DNA of 49,904 bases from Octopus sinensis (taxonomy: Eukaryota). The stretch spans positions 1 through 49,904 of the forward strand of contig NW_021834299.1 in NCBI RefSeq assembly GCF_006345805.1. Direction: 5' to 3'. The translations under genes and the position numbers were made by a program. Of the stretch, positions 1 through 14,408 are shown piece by piece. The stretch's first letter is position 1. Every line of letters starts with the position of its first letter. The notes beneath the pieces are model-generated. The model saw only the letters and a list, made by a program, of their open reading frames with translations. It ran no database searches and was not told the origin of the DNA.

Positions 1-32
1 GCGTGCCTAACGATTCTGCCAGCTCGCTGCTT
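1..32 (-). mobile_element. 5' end of tRNA-derived SINE (family A), cut by window edge
   Basis: Reverse complement aagcagcgagctggcagaatcgttaggcacgc matches the head of the copy at 462. Confidence 0.7.
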
Positions 33-57
33 TAATGTACAAGTGTACAAATGTAAT

Positions 58-430
58 AATAAGAGCACTCAGAGAATGAAAACATCCGCCAAGGCAACAC
101 CAGCATCCTCTCGACGATTAGCCAGAGATGGTTTTCAAAATGAGAATATCTGAAATAAACTCAACTGCTCTCACAAACAAGAATACTAAAATTGAACCTG
201 ACCACTTTCAAAAATTAAGTAAAAAAACTGGAAAAATAATCCAGAATCCTTGTCCGGTACCATATCAATCCCTAAATTTAATCAGTTCGTGCCAGTCACA
301 AGGCCAAACATCGTTGAAAGTTTCATTTGAATCCATCCAGTGGTTCTTGAGATATCTTGTCCACGGACAAACAAACAAACAAACGCGACTGAAAACAATA
401 CTTCTGCCTTCGCTAAGGTGGAGATAATAA
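58..430 (-). mobile_element. Non-autonomous Helentron-type element (HINE/DINE-1-like)
   Basis: Minus strand: imperfect palindrome ctccaccttagcgaaggcagaag (401-423), a (GTTT)n tract, a subterminal partner ccttggcgga (85-94), a 3' hairpin cattc-tct-gagtg and T-rich flanks. This is the standard HINE/DINE-1 layout. Confidence 0.6.
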
Positions 431-461
431 TTATTATCATTATTTCCGTATTTTTCTTTTT

Positions 462-670
462 AAGGCGGAGCGCTAGCAGAATCGTTAGCACGCAGGGCAA
501 AATGTTTAGCGGCATTTCGTCCGTCTTTACGTTCTGAGTTCAAATTCCGCCGAGATCGATTTTGCCTTTCATCTGTTCGGGATCGATTAAATAAATGCAA
601 TCAACTTGCCCCACACCAACCTCTCCTTCCCCCAAATTTCAGGCCTGGTGCATATAACAGAAATGATTAT
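462..670 (+). mobile_element. SINE family A
   Basis: Pol III-like A box region (agcagaatcgttagc) and B box (gagttcaaatt); body shared with 38416-38590. Confidence 0.8.
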
Positions 671-901
671 ACCTGTGTCTGTTTTGATATTTCAAGTCCG
701 CATTTGTATTTGCACTCCGCAAGCAAATTTCGTCCCCCAGTTTGCGCATAAAGAGCTGAAAGAAATACCGCAAAGTGTTTTTTTATCTGATGCGCTATCG
801 ATTCTGCTAGCTCGCCGTTCGTTGTTGTTGCCGTTGTTGTCGTTGTCGTCGTCGTTGTCCTTATTATTGTTGTTGTTGACATCGTCGTTGTCACTGCAGT
901 T

Positions 902-1630
902 GTGGCAAGGAGGCCCCCGTCACACTGATGTGAGGCTCAGCCTAAAGGAGCGTCGGCCCAGAAGGAGCCTCAGTTGAAGCATTTAACGATTCGCCGCGGT
1001 TACACATAAGAACATATCTTGATCCGGTCGTGCAAGACACGGGGTATCAGACTGAGGATACGAAGACAGCCGAAAAAGATCCAGACATCTTGTGTGAAAG
1101 AGTTTCATTGGTTCGGACAAGTATCCCAACCGGATACTATGGATACTGGTGTGATTCCCGGGATAATTCACATCTTGTTTGACAGTCAAATGCCCTACAC
1201 TGTTTGGACGTCTTCCTCTGGACGCCTGTAGATTTCAAGGGTCATCAAGATAGAGTGTACACCGTTTCAGGACCTTTTACGGCATAATGGCCCCAACTCA
1301 TTGATCTGAAGCTCCCCTTAAAGGATCAGCTCCTTAGGAGGAATTTCAGCGGGAGAATTTATCGATCCACTGCGGTTCGACAAGAGCATATATCGATTAA
1401 CTTGTGGAAGACTTTGTTTATCGAGTTAAGCATACGGAGTCTGCCTTGGCAGATCGAAACACCTGGTGTGGAAGAGTTTCATTCGTTCGGGCAAGTGATT
1501 TGACTCCAAAGATAATTCACTTTGTGTTTGGCAGTCAAACGACGTACACGACTTTGACTTCTTCCTTCAGATGCCTGGAGAGTTCTGGGGTCATTAAGGG
1601 AAAATGCGCACCATTTCGGGGCCTTCTTCT
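902..1630 (+). pseudogene. Two diverged tandem ~375-bp units with a relic coding signature; product unknown
   Basis: 905-1280 aligns with 1282-1630, e.g. KEFHWFGQV vs EEFHSFGQV and PGIIHILFDSQ vs PKIIHFVFGSQ. Many differences are synonymous. Stops and frameshifts are present. Confidence 0.45.
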
Positions 1631-1775
1631 CGACAGCTTTACTCGCTGCTCACCGCCCCCCCCACCCACAACCACCACTAGTCACACCTCAGTGAAAAGA
1701 CAGAATAGTCACGGATACAATGGCTTTGGTCGTTGTCTTCTCTATCAGAACTGCCTCGTGGATGACTATCGTGTC

Positions 1776-1958
1776 ACGACGAGGGTTCCAGTTGATCCGA
1801 TCAACGGAACAGCCTGCTCGTGAAATTAACGTGCAAGTGGCTGAGCACTCCACAGACACGTGTACTCTTAACGTAGTTCTCGGGGAGATTCAGCGTGACA
1901 CAGACTGTGACAAGCCTGGCCCCTTTTCACAAAGGCTGGCCTGTTTGAAATACAGGTA
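1776..1958 (-). mobile_element. SINE family D, 3' part
   Basis: Reverse complement matches the 3' half of 18347-18680 (ctcagccacttg...ccgttgatcggatcaactggaaccctcgtcgt). Confidence 0.8.
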
Positions 1959-1964
1959 TATCAG

Positions 1965-2088
1965 AAACAGGAAGAAAAAATGAGAGGAAGTTGTGGTGAA
2001 AGAGTACAGCAGTGTTTGCTGAGAATCGAAACTGCAATCCTGTGACCGCGAGTCCGCTGCCCTAACCACTGGGCCATTTCTCCTCCAC
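1965..2088 (-). mobile_element. SINE family C, internally deleted head
   Basis: tggcccagtggttagggcagcgg A box and gtttcgatt B box; matches 15238-15527. Confidence 0.8.
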
Positions 2089-2379
2089 AGTTGACTATAA
2101 CCAGTAGCTGGCGGTGTCACACAACTTCCCAAATAAGCTACTTTGTGTTTGGTGTAAATTATGATTTCTCGGCGGAAGCTTTATGCTTATCATGATGCTG
2201 TGCTTCGGTCATTCTTGAACAAAAAACATTTGTTATTAACAACATCTAATGGAAAGGTATGTCATATTGAAATATGTCCCAGAGAGGAAAGTAGGAAATA
2301 TGTCTCGTTTGGACCGTTAATGCACATTATGGTATATTGGAAGGAAACGGTTGGACATACGGACATATGAACAAACTTT

Positions 2380-3510
<1,131 letters not shown>

Positions 3511-4449
3511 CTCTATCCATCTAGTAGATTTAATATTTTGTATGACGTTACAGTTTAAAATGACTACTTCACCAATACTTGAAGCTCTATGCTGAGTTGA
3601 TTTATCAGATGAAGTGTATTTCAGTACTAACGTTTGTTCCCCTACATACTCGGCAGCCAACTTCCGGTTGCTGTTGAACCTTCGGCTGAGTCACGCTAGA
3701 ACTTCACTTCATGCTGACGTTCACTTCCGACCAGTTAGTTTGGTACTGTTTTGTATAATAACGGTCACAATAATAGAGCGTCTACCAGCAGTCGTTCAAA
3801 CATAGGTTGCATCATGTGAACAGAACTGACGCAAAGCAATGAACTTCCACTATCATTCGACGATAACAGTCCTTTTTGGAAAATATGGCTGTATCATCAC
3901 GAAGATGACAGCTTCTAGATTGTTACCACGTCAGTGAAACTTTGCGTAGTGTAAGACTATGTCACAAGCTGCGGCGTAGCACATGTGAAGAAATTCTAAT
4001 TACGAATTAAGAACAACTGTAGCAATGGAAGCATTATCAGTCGAACATACATAGTGCATATGTTTGTTTTTTTATACACCAAATTTGCTACTGCTCGACG
4101 CCGAGTGTTAAAGAACTCCTAAATGTTACAGAGCAAGCGAGGGGCTATGCTTCAGCACACCAGCAAATAGACTTCACTCTATTTGCACGTAAGTCATAGA
4201 CCAGCGATTCACTTCGTTTCCAGATCATCCGAGTACATGGTATTTATAAGCCACAATAATGGCAAAATATTTGACAGAATACAACTCTCGGTGATTCCGA
4301 GGTGAGTTGGTTGCCTGGTCTGTGACATTCATGTACTCCTTAACATTCAAGAGTCGTTTGGGAAGCTTTACCCGGATGCTATCCCGCAGCAAATTTGGCA
4401 TATAAACAAAGCACATATACTATCTATGTGTGACCGATAATGTTTACAC

Positions 4450-5375
4450 ATGCACATATAGGAGCGTCGTGAGTACAATCGTCCTGTAGGCGCTGACTTT
4501 TGTGCTGATCTTAAGATGCTTGTTGTTCCACACACGCTGGCACAGTCTGTCAAATGTTTTCTTTGCCTTTGCGAGTCTGTTGTCAACTTCTTTGTTGATA
4601 ATCGCATCTGATGAGATGGTACGCCCAAGATAAGTGAACTGCTGTACTGACTTCAGTTCTGTTTCGGCAATGGTGATGTGGGGTGGATTGTACTCTTTCT
4701 CAGGAGTTGGTTGGTGTAGGACTTCAGTCTTTTTCAAGCTTACTTCCAGCTCGAAGGTCTGGGCGGCCTCTGCAAAACGGGATGTAATGCGCTGCAGGGC
4801 TCTTTCTGTGTGTGCAACAAATGCGGCATCATCTGCAAAGAGAAGGTCCTGAATCAGTTGCACTTGGATCTTGGTTTTTATCCTGAAGACGCCGGAGGTT
4901 GAAAAAACTGCCATCCAGACGGTACCTGATGTAGACGCCGTCTTCAGCGTTGAGGTCTACAGTGGCCTTTTTGAGTATCATGCCGAAGAGAGTTGGTGCC
5001 AGAACACGGCCCTGATTCACGTCGTTGTTGATGGGGAATGACTGATAGATCGCTATTCAGGCGGACTTGTCATCGCTGGTCTTCGTGACGCTGCATGATC
5101 ATGGTTAGGAATTTTAGGGGATAGCGGAGTCGGTTCAGGATCTGCCACAGACCTTTTCTGCTCACAGTGTCGAACTGTTTCGTCAGATCGACAAATGTTA
5201 CATTAAGTGGTTTGTTTTGCTTCCAGCACTTTTCTTGGATCTGCCTAAGAACAAAAACCATATCTGGTGTGCTCCTGTTGTCTCTGAAACCACATGGCTT
5301 TCTGGAAGATGATTTTCGGCTAGAACTTTTCCTACAGTGGAAAGCAGGGTGACCCCACTCCCCGCCGGAAGTTTG
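4450..5375 (-). mobile_element. RTE-clade (BovB-like) LINE reverse transcriptase fragment, frameshifted
   Basis: Motifs [56 protein letters not shown] and QFTYLGRTIS. Confidence 0.95.
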
Positions 5376-5570
5376 AGAAGTCTGACTTTTCTTCTTTGTT
5401 TTCGTACAGTGTAATGAGGACATAATGATGACATACTGATGACAGCACACATATGTGTTGACATATACACACACACACATATACAAATATACACATATAC
5501 ATGCATACATACATATATACATACATATATGTATATATATGTGCATGCACACGCACGCACAGATAGAAAC

Positions 5571-5661
<91 letters not shown>

Positions 5662-5671
5662 CACAGACAGA

Positions 5672-5702
<31 letters not shown>

Positions 5703-5728
5703 GTCAGATAGATAGATCGATAGATCGG

Positions 5729-5797
<69 letters not shown>

Positions 5798-6901
5798 GCT
5801 CATGTATACACGTAAATATATATACATATATATATGCACATACTAAGTAATTAAGGGTTTAGCAACGATTTGCCTCACCACACACCGAATTTAGAAATAG
5901 CAGTCAAATACATATGCACTGACACACAGACACAGAAACACACATAGATGCACACACACAGACACATATATATAGACATGTATACACACATATAGATACA
6001 TATATTTAACATACACACATATATATACGTACATGATGTGTGAGTGTGTGTATATGTATGTATGCATATATGTATGTGTGTATATATATGTATGTATGTA
6101 TGCATGCATGTATGTATGTATGTATGTATGTATGTATGTATGTATGTATGTATGTATGTATGTATGTGTGTATGTATGCATGAATGCATACATACATATA
6201 TCCTTACATATACTTATAAATGTATATATGTGTATATAAAATAAAGAAATGTGAGAGGAAATGGGATGAAGAACACCTACGCACCGATACACATACCGCA
6301 ACACTTGCACGCGCGCGATCGTGTTTGAGTGTGTGTGTGTGTGTGTGTGTGTGTAGGATTGTGTGTGAGTGTGTGTGTGTGTGAGAGTGTGTATGTGTAT
6401 GCGTGTGTGTCTGTGTGTGCGTGCGTGTGTGTGTGACTACATAATCTCGCAGAAACAAGAATGGAAAACCGGTCTCAATATGGAACGCACACAATAATGA
6501 ATCTGTGAAGCTATAAATCTTAAGGGCAGCGAAGCGAAACAGAAAGAAGGATGGAGAATGGAAGTGCTGAAGGAAGAATAAACTAGAAAAACTATTTAGA
6601 AGTTTGATTGGCATAGAAGTATGGGAATGAAACGAAAAAATGCGGTGTCGGGTGGCTGTAAAAATCTTATACATCAATCTGATTGGATTCGATGAAGCAT
6701 CTCAGAGATAAGGTGCGAAAAACTTCATGGATTTTAGTGAACGAACAGAAATCAATACATTGGTTTATTGATTGGTCACATGACTCGCTCTCTTTATCTT
6801 TATCTATTTGCTTATCTGTCTATCTACCCGTGCATCTACCCGTGCATCTAGCTATCTATTTATTTATCTAGTTATCAATCTATCTAGCTTGTTATACTTA
6901 T

Positions 6902-6971
<70 letters not shown>

Positions 6972-7027
6972 GGATAGATAGATAGATAGGTAGGTAGGTA
7001 GGTAGGTAGGTAGAAAGAAAGAAAGAT

Positions 7028-7097
<70 letters not shown>

Positions 7098-7476
7098 TAG
7101 ATATGTAGGTAGGTAGGTAGATACATACATATATAGGTATAAATATATATATCTATATATATATATATATAATATATAATATATATATATATATATGTAT
7201 AGGTATATAAATATATATATATCATATATATGCATGTATAAATTTTATATGCATGTGTGTACATATACGTTTCTGTGTATATTTATATATATTGATACAT
7301 ACATTTTTATATGCATGTGTATGTATATTGATATACATACATACGTATGTGTGTGCGCACGCGATGTGTGCCAACTCACAAAAAACTCTCGGCCTTAATT
7401 CAGTCTACTAAATACTAATAAAAAATATACATTTACTCATATATTGAGTTCTAGCTTTCCTATTTGCATCTTCATA

Positions 7477-7525
<49 letters not shown>

Positions 7526-7774
7526 GTAAATTGAAAAATCTTCTTTCTTTTCTTTCTACTATTCATTTATACCTATTGATCTGTATATCCATCTGTCCGC
7601 CAGTATATCTTCGTATATCTCCCTGTATAAAAGCCCAAGTCAAGCGTCACACGTTTGGCTGTTAGCTCCATACATTTTCTGCCATAATACCAAAATGTGA
7701 GAGGAAAGAGAAATTAGTACCTGTGCTGAAAGAGGTTATAAAAACAAAAAGATTTTTTTAGAGTGCTACATTAG

Positions 7775-7806
<32 letters not shown>

Positions 7807-7934
7807 TCTGACGTATGTATGTTCGTATGTGCGCACAAACATACATACATACATACATACATACATACATACATACATACATACATACATACATACATAC
7901 ATACATACATACATACATGCAAAGATACATCAGG

Positions 7935-8345
7935 ATAATTAAAAAGAAAATATCTACAGACGAAATTGACCATATTGAGACCGATATGTCAAAGAAACAT
8001 TATTGGAACTTATAAAAATTAAAGCAGAACCGGCCAGATATTGTTGCATGGGACCACAAGGAAAAGAAATATTCTGTTATGGAAATTAGCTGCATTCTGG
8101 ATAACAGTGTAGTTAGAAGCCTACAGGAAAAAGAGAATATCTATGGATCATCGATAAAGAGTTTCAAGTAGAATGCCTAATGCTCTATACTTATTATTAT
8201 CGGAGCTACAGGATACATACGTCTGGAGCAAAGTTTAACTAAACGTGAGTTCTTGGCAAGGTGGGGTGAACACAAATCCTTAAGCCATACACTACAAATG
8301 TTCACAATATTTGGGAAAAAAGAATTTGTAAAACCTTAGTTTTGA
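7935..8345 (+). mobile_element. Decayed 3' end of a restriction-like-endonuclease non-LTR retrotransposon (R4/Dong-like)
   Basis: 8022 onward translates KQNRPDIVAWDHKEKKYSVMEISCILDNSVVRSLQEKENIY, then ILIIIGATGYI. This is the RPD...E/D...EK..Y...IIGA.G signature. Confidence 0.75.
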
Positions 8346-8445
8346 CGAAAAACTGATCGTAACAAAACAAGATCCTTTCCTTCACAACCTTGCTACCAAG
8401 GAGGTGGCCGACAGAAATTAACTTTAAATTTAAAAGAGCAAGAAA

Positions 8446-8506
<61 letters not shown>

Positions 8507-9136
8507 TACATAGACATACATACATAGAAACAAAGATATATAGACACAGACATACGTTCAAACATACATACATACATACATACATACATACATACATACA
8601 TACATACATACATACATACATACATACATACGTACATACATACATACGTACACGATCACCATAAATGCACAGGACATAATCACACTGCCACCATCACCGC
8701 TATTACCATCTCCAACACCAACACTCTCCGCCACCTACGGTCTACCGTCAACTGTTTCCACCACCAACAACAACAACAACAAAACCAATATGAACAACAA
8801 CAACAACAAAGCCAACATGAATAGCAACAACAACAATCAAACTACCAAATCGATTTTTATACAACACAAGAGATTTAAGACATGGTTCTCAACACAATTC
8901 TGTCAACACTGGACGAAAACTATTTTTTCGCCGCGATAAATATTTAATATACATTCATACATATGTGTGTGAGTGGTTGTGTGTGTGTGTTGTGTGTGTG
9001 TGTGTGTACGTGTATGTATATATATATATATTATATTAGTATATTAATATATATATATATATATATATAATATATATATATGTATGTATATATATACATA
9101 ATGGTATATATATATCTATAATATATCTTATAAAAT

Positions 9137-10850
9137 TATTAGAGACAAAACCACTATTTTGCAAAACAAACAAGGAAAGACTTAATCAATACATAAAATT
9201 TTAATAAATAGTCAAAAAAACCGCCACTACAATTGTTTCTTGTCTTGATCGACAATCTTCAGGTGGACTTCCAATCTAAAATATCAATATTTTAAAATAT
9301 AAAAATAATAATTTTAAAATAATTAAAGTATGAATGAAAAAATATAAATTATAATCCATATATAACCTATATATAATCCATATATAATCAATATATAACA
9401 ATATATAAACTAATATAAACTAAAATAAACCTATCAACAATTAAATATAAAATATAAATAATAAATATAAAATATAAAACAAACAAAAAAATAATAATAT
9501 ATAATAATAAACTATATATACACCCATACACATATACCTAATTATATATAACCATATCTAACTACATACACTAAATCACACACCTATATATATATCCCTA
9601 TACATACACATAAAACGTCTAGGCAACTATAAATAAATAAATAGCTAAATACTTCAACACAGTACTTATTCATACTCCCACACACACACACATACAACCC
9701 ACATTCACGCTCTAGAAAACGGACATCACTTAAATTATGAACGGAGAAATGGAATAATGGAATTAAAAATTATATTCACTTGGTAAAACGAACACTACTT
9801 AAAAATTATGAATGAAACAATGCAATAAAACAACAGACATCGCAAATAGACACAAATTACTACGAATTCCCTAACAAACCTACCATGATAACCCAAAACC
9901 ATAAAAACATATAATGAAAAAATCTCCCTTTACTAAACTCTATAACATACCTATATAGCATCCCCCTAACCTAAACATTCACACACAAATACACACACGT
10001 GACGTAACCACACACCCACGACATATACAAATACCCACCCACTTACACATACCTATACATACATATAAACCTCAACATATACTCCAAAACCCACTCAACC
10101 CCACACAGACAAATAAACACAAAAATATGAATGGATTCTTTTATAAAACTACCATGATAAGCTAAAACTCACAAAACATAAATGATAAAACCTCCCTTTA
10201 CTAAACACTATAACATACTTATATAGCAATCCCTTTAACCTAACATTCACACACATACACACACGTAAAACCACACCCCATAACAAATACAAACACCCAC
10301 CCCACTCACACACACCCACAAGTACATATAAGCCTCAACATATACACCAAACAAAATTACTTTACCAAGGAACTTAACATATGTATAAAAAGTATAACCG
10401 CTCTGGAAACGAACATCTTTTAAAATAATGAATGGAGAAATGGAATAAATGGAATTAAAAATAATATTCACGTGGCAAAACGAACACCACTCAAAATTAT
10501 GAATGAAACAATGTAATAAAAACAACCAACATCGAAAATAGACAAATTACCACGAATTCCCTAAAAAAACCATGATAAACCAAAACTCTTAAAAACATAT
10601 AACGATAAAATCTCCCTTGCTAAACTCTATAACAAACCTATATAGCAATCCCCCTAACCTAAACATTCACACACAATACACACACGTAAACCACAGACCC
10701 CGACTTATACACATACCTATACTAACTTATAAACCTCATATACACCAAAAACCACTCCCTCCCCACACAGACAAATTAACACATACATCCCAAAACCTAA
10801 ATAACAAACCCATATACACATTCACACACAAACACAAAGTTGTCTACTCC
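9137..10850 (-). mobile_element. PLE-like non-coding 3' region / pseudo-LTR with internal duplications, abutting (TA)n
   Basis: HHR near the left end; strong strand skew (plus strand G-poor); 9721-10120 repeated at 10411-10790; the terminal ~50 bp recurs at 44711-44765 inside (TA)n. Confidence 0.55.
9224..9266 (-). ncRNA. Minimal type I hammerhead ribozyme
   Basis: Minus strand reads ccac CTGAAGA ttgtc gatcaa gacaa GAAAC aatt GTA gtgg: complete core, 4-bp stem I, 5-bp stem II, palindromic stem III (acaattgt), GUA cleavage triplet. Confidence 0.85.
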
Positions 10851-10859
10851 TTATGCAGA

Positions 10860-11880
10860 GTTTGGCCATCTCCTGTACCTACACCTTAGAACCATCATGG
10901 CATCTGTTGTGGCTCTTCAAACCAGACAATGTTCTGAAAGACACCCACATAGATTGCACATCCGATTTGAACTACCAAGAGCAGCAGATAATTTCTGATC
11001 TTTGTGGATCTTAAAATGTCTTTTGAAGCCTCCGTTAGATTTGCCTTCAAAGGTGTGCACAGACATATAGGCAGAATAGTTGGTGGAGGTTCGTTTTCCA
11101 TGGGTTCGCAAATGAGATTTGAACCTAGCAAAAGAAAGGCATGGTCTGTCACAAACTGTGCACACAAAAGGGTCATTGTCATTCACCTTTTCGATTGTAA
11201 CATTCTTCCTTAAATCTCTTTTGAGTCTTACATGCGTTATCCTGGCCTCTTCAAACGCTTTCACTCCACTCCACACTTTTGTTCGCCATTCAGCTCGATC
11301 CGAAGCAAGGGTTTCTATGTCTTCTGGATCCATTCCAAGTGACTTCATTGTAGTCCTTATACCGTCCTTAAACCTTTTTTTTAGGTTTACACCGATAGTG
11401 TTTCCCCTCTGCAAGCTCACTATAAAACAGCTGTTTCTGCATGCGTTAATCCGCCATTCGAACAATATGGCCACACCATCTCATTTGGTTCATCAAAATC
11501 ATAGCTGTAATTGAGGTGACACCTGCAGGTGCAAAGACATCCGTGTTTGGAGTAAAAGAACTCCAGTTAATGTTTAAAATGCATTGAAGGCATTTTGGTG
11601 GAATTGTTCTAACAATTTAAAATGCTTTTCATAACAAATCCATGTTTCACAAGAATACAATAGGGATGGTAAGACAAATGATTTGTAAAGAATCAGCTTT
11701 GTATTGTTATTTATAAGTCGCTGGCACCAAACGCGTGACTCCAAGCCACTAAATGCTTTTGCTGCCCTTTGAATTCGCAGATGTATTTCTGTATCTAGAT
11801 TTCCATCATTTTGTACAGAGCTTCCAAGGTAGATGAACGAATCGACAACCTCAAGTGACTTTACCCTTAACAAAAATTTT
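10860..11880 (-). mobile_element. RTE-clade LINE 3' fragment with C2H2-like C-terminus
   Basis: SFIYLGSSV, LPSLLYSCETW, KKRFKDGIRTTMK, LASDRAEWR and CTVCDRPCLSFARFKSHLRTH. Confidence 0.9.
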
Positions 11881-11888
11881 ATATATAT

Positions 11889-12220
11889 AGGCGCAGGCGT
11901 GGCTGTGGAGTAAGTAGCTTGCTTCCCAAACACATGGTTCCAGGTTCATTCCTATGGCGTGGCAGCTTGGGCAAGTGTCTTCTACTATAGCCCCGGGCCA
12001 ACCAAAGCCTTTTGAGTGGATTCGGAGACTGAAAGAAGCCTGTCGTATATGTGTGTATGTGTGTGTGTTTGTGTCTGGTTTTATCCTCCTACCATCACTT
12101 GACAACCGATGTTGGTATGCTTACGTCACCGTAACATAGCAGTTGGTCAAAAGAGACCTATAGACTAAGTGCTCCAGCATGGCCGCAAACAAATGACTGA
12201 AACTAATAAAAGAATAAAGA
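11889..12220 (+). mobile_element. SINE family B
   Basis: ggcgcaggcgtggctgtggagtaag head, ggttc B box, internal (TG)n and tail atgactgaaac; matches 30284-30740. Confidence 0.85.
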
Positions 12221-12520
12221 CATATATATATATATCAACATATGTGTATACATATATATATATTATATATATATATATATATTATATATATATATATATT
12301 TTAGTCAATTTAGGGTAGCAAAAAAATTCAATAGAAATTTATCGCAACCAGCGGCCTGGTGAAAAAGAGAAAATAGTCATCGACTAAATATATAAATATA
12401 ACGATTTAGGAGTGACCCCAACAGGTCACTCGTCCACCAGAAAGAGCAGCCATAACTCACACCGCCAAGTATTATTAATTCAGAAATTAGGTGAAAATTT
12501 AAAAACTTTACCCTAATTCA

Positions 12521-12621
12521 TCTTTTAGACGTTGCAACGTTTCTGTGTCATTAATGATTAAATTAGCTTAATTAAATTAAATTAAGCCAATCTACCATAG
12601 GTTACACTTCATCAGTAAAGA
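12521..12621 (-). ncRNA. Type I hammerhead ribozyme, unit 1
   Basis: Reverse complement of the motif described for 14916-15016. Confidence 0.8.
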
Positions 12622-12991
12622 CCTGGGAGAGACAAATATACACTAGGCGTCTGTATCGAAGCCTACGGGATATCTGACTTAAAATTTTCAAGACTGACGT
12701 ATTCTCGCGCCAACTTATCAACAGTAAATATAAACTGCCGCTTCAATCTCAGAATATTCAGAAAATTATCAATTAGTCAATTTAGGGTAGCAAAAAAATT
12801 CAATAGAATTTATCGCAACCAGCGGCCTGGTGAAAAAGAGAAATATTCATCGACTAAATATATAAATATAACGATTTAGGAGTGACCCCAACAGGTCACT
12901 CGTCCACCAGAAAGAGCAGCCATAACTCACACCGCCAAGTATTATTAATTCAGAAATTAGGTGAAAATTTAAAAACATTTACCCTAATTCA

Positions 12992-13091
12992 TCTTTTAGA
13001 CGTTGCAACGTTTCTGTGTCATTAATGATTAAATTAGCTTAATTAAATTAATTAAGCCAATCTACCATAGGTTACACTTCATCAGTAAAGA
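12992..13091 (-). ncRNA. Type I hammerhead ribozyme, unit 2
   Basis: Same motif as unit 1. Confidence 0.8.
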
Positions 13092-13465
13092 CCTGGGAGA
13101 GACAAATATACACGAGGCGTCTGTATCGAAGCCTACGGGATATCTGACTTAAAATTTTCAAGACTGACGTATTCGCGCCAACTTATCAACAGTAAATATA
13201 AACTGCCGCTTCAATCTCAGAATTATTCAGAAAATTATCAATTAGTCAATTTAGGGTAGCAAAAAAATTCAATAGAAATTTATCGCAAAACCAACGGCCT
13301 GGTGAAAAAGAGAAAATAGTCATCGACTAAATATATAAATATAACGATTAGGAGTGACCCCAACAGGTCACTCGTCCACCAGAGAGCAGCCATAACTCAC
13401 ACGCCAAGTATTATTAATTCAGAAATTAGGTGAAAATGAAATTTAAAAACATTTACCCTAATTCA

Positions 13466-13568
13466 TCTTTTAGACGTTGCAACGTTTCTCTGTGTCATTA
13501 ATGATTAAATTAGCTTAATTAAATTAAATTAAGCCAATCTACCAGTTACACTTCATCAGCAGTAAAGA
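13466..13568 (-). ncRNA. Type I hammerhead ribozyme, unit 3 (3-nt duplication between stem I and core)
   Basis: Same motif, but reads tctttaCTGctgatga and has other small indels. Confidence 0.65.
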
Positions 13569-13937
13569 CCTGGGAGAGACAAATATACACGAGGCGTCTG
13601 TATCGAAGCCTACGGGATATCTGACTTAAAATTTTCAAGACTGACGTATTCGCGCCAAACTTATCAACAGTAATATAAACTGCGCTTCAATCTCAGAATT
13701 ATTCAGAAAATTATCAATTAGTCAATTTAGGGTAGCAAAAAATTCAATAGAAATTTATCGCAACCAGCGGCCTGGTGAAAAAGAGAAAATAGTCATCGAC
13801 TAAATATATAAATATAACGATTTAGGAGTGACCCCAACAGGTCACTCGTCCACCAGAAAGAGCAGCCATAACTCACACCGCCAAGTATTATTAATTCAGA
13901 AATTAGGTGAAAATTTAAAAACATTTACCCTAATTCA

Positions 13938-14038
13938 TCTTTTAGACGTTGCAACGTTTCTGTGTCATTAATGATTAAATTAGCTTAATTAAATTAAATT
14001 AAGCCAATCTACCATAGGTTACACTTCATCAGTAAAGA
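13938..14038 (-). ncRNA. Type I hammerhead ribozyme, unit 4
   Basis: Same motif as unit 1. Confidence 0.8.
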
Positions 14039-14408
14039 CCTGGGAGAGACAAATATACACGAGGCGTCTGTATCGAAGCCTACGGGATATCTGACTTAAA
14101 ATTTTCAAGACTGACGTATTCGCGCCAAACTTATCAACAGTAAATATAAACTGCCGCTTCAATCTCAGAATTATTCAGAAAATTATCAATTAGTCAATTT
14201 AGGGTAGCAAAAAATTCAATAGAAATTTATCGCAACCAGCGGCCTGGTGAAAAAGAGAAAATAGTCATCGACAAATATATAAATATAACGATTTAGGAGT
14301 GACCCCAACAGGTCACTCGTCCACCAGAAAGAGCAGCCATAACTCACACCGCCAAGTATTATTAATTCAGAAATTAGGTGAAAATTTAAAAACATTTACC
14401 CTAATTCA

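Noticed and set aside
2161-2262. Possible exon ending AAG|GTATGT
   Set aside because: No convincing acceptor, homology or partner exon.
3600-4400. Possible hAT transposase relic on the minus strand (KLPKRLL...ELYSVKYF)
   Set aside because: Resemblance is too weak to support without a BLASTx search.
6688-6730. HHR-like tcgatgaagcatc...ggtgcgaaa
   Set aside because: Core is not CUGA, and stems I and III are absent.
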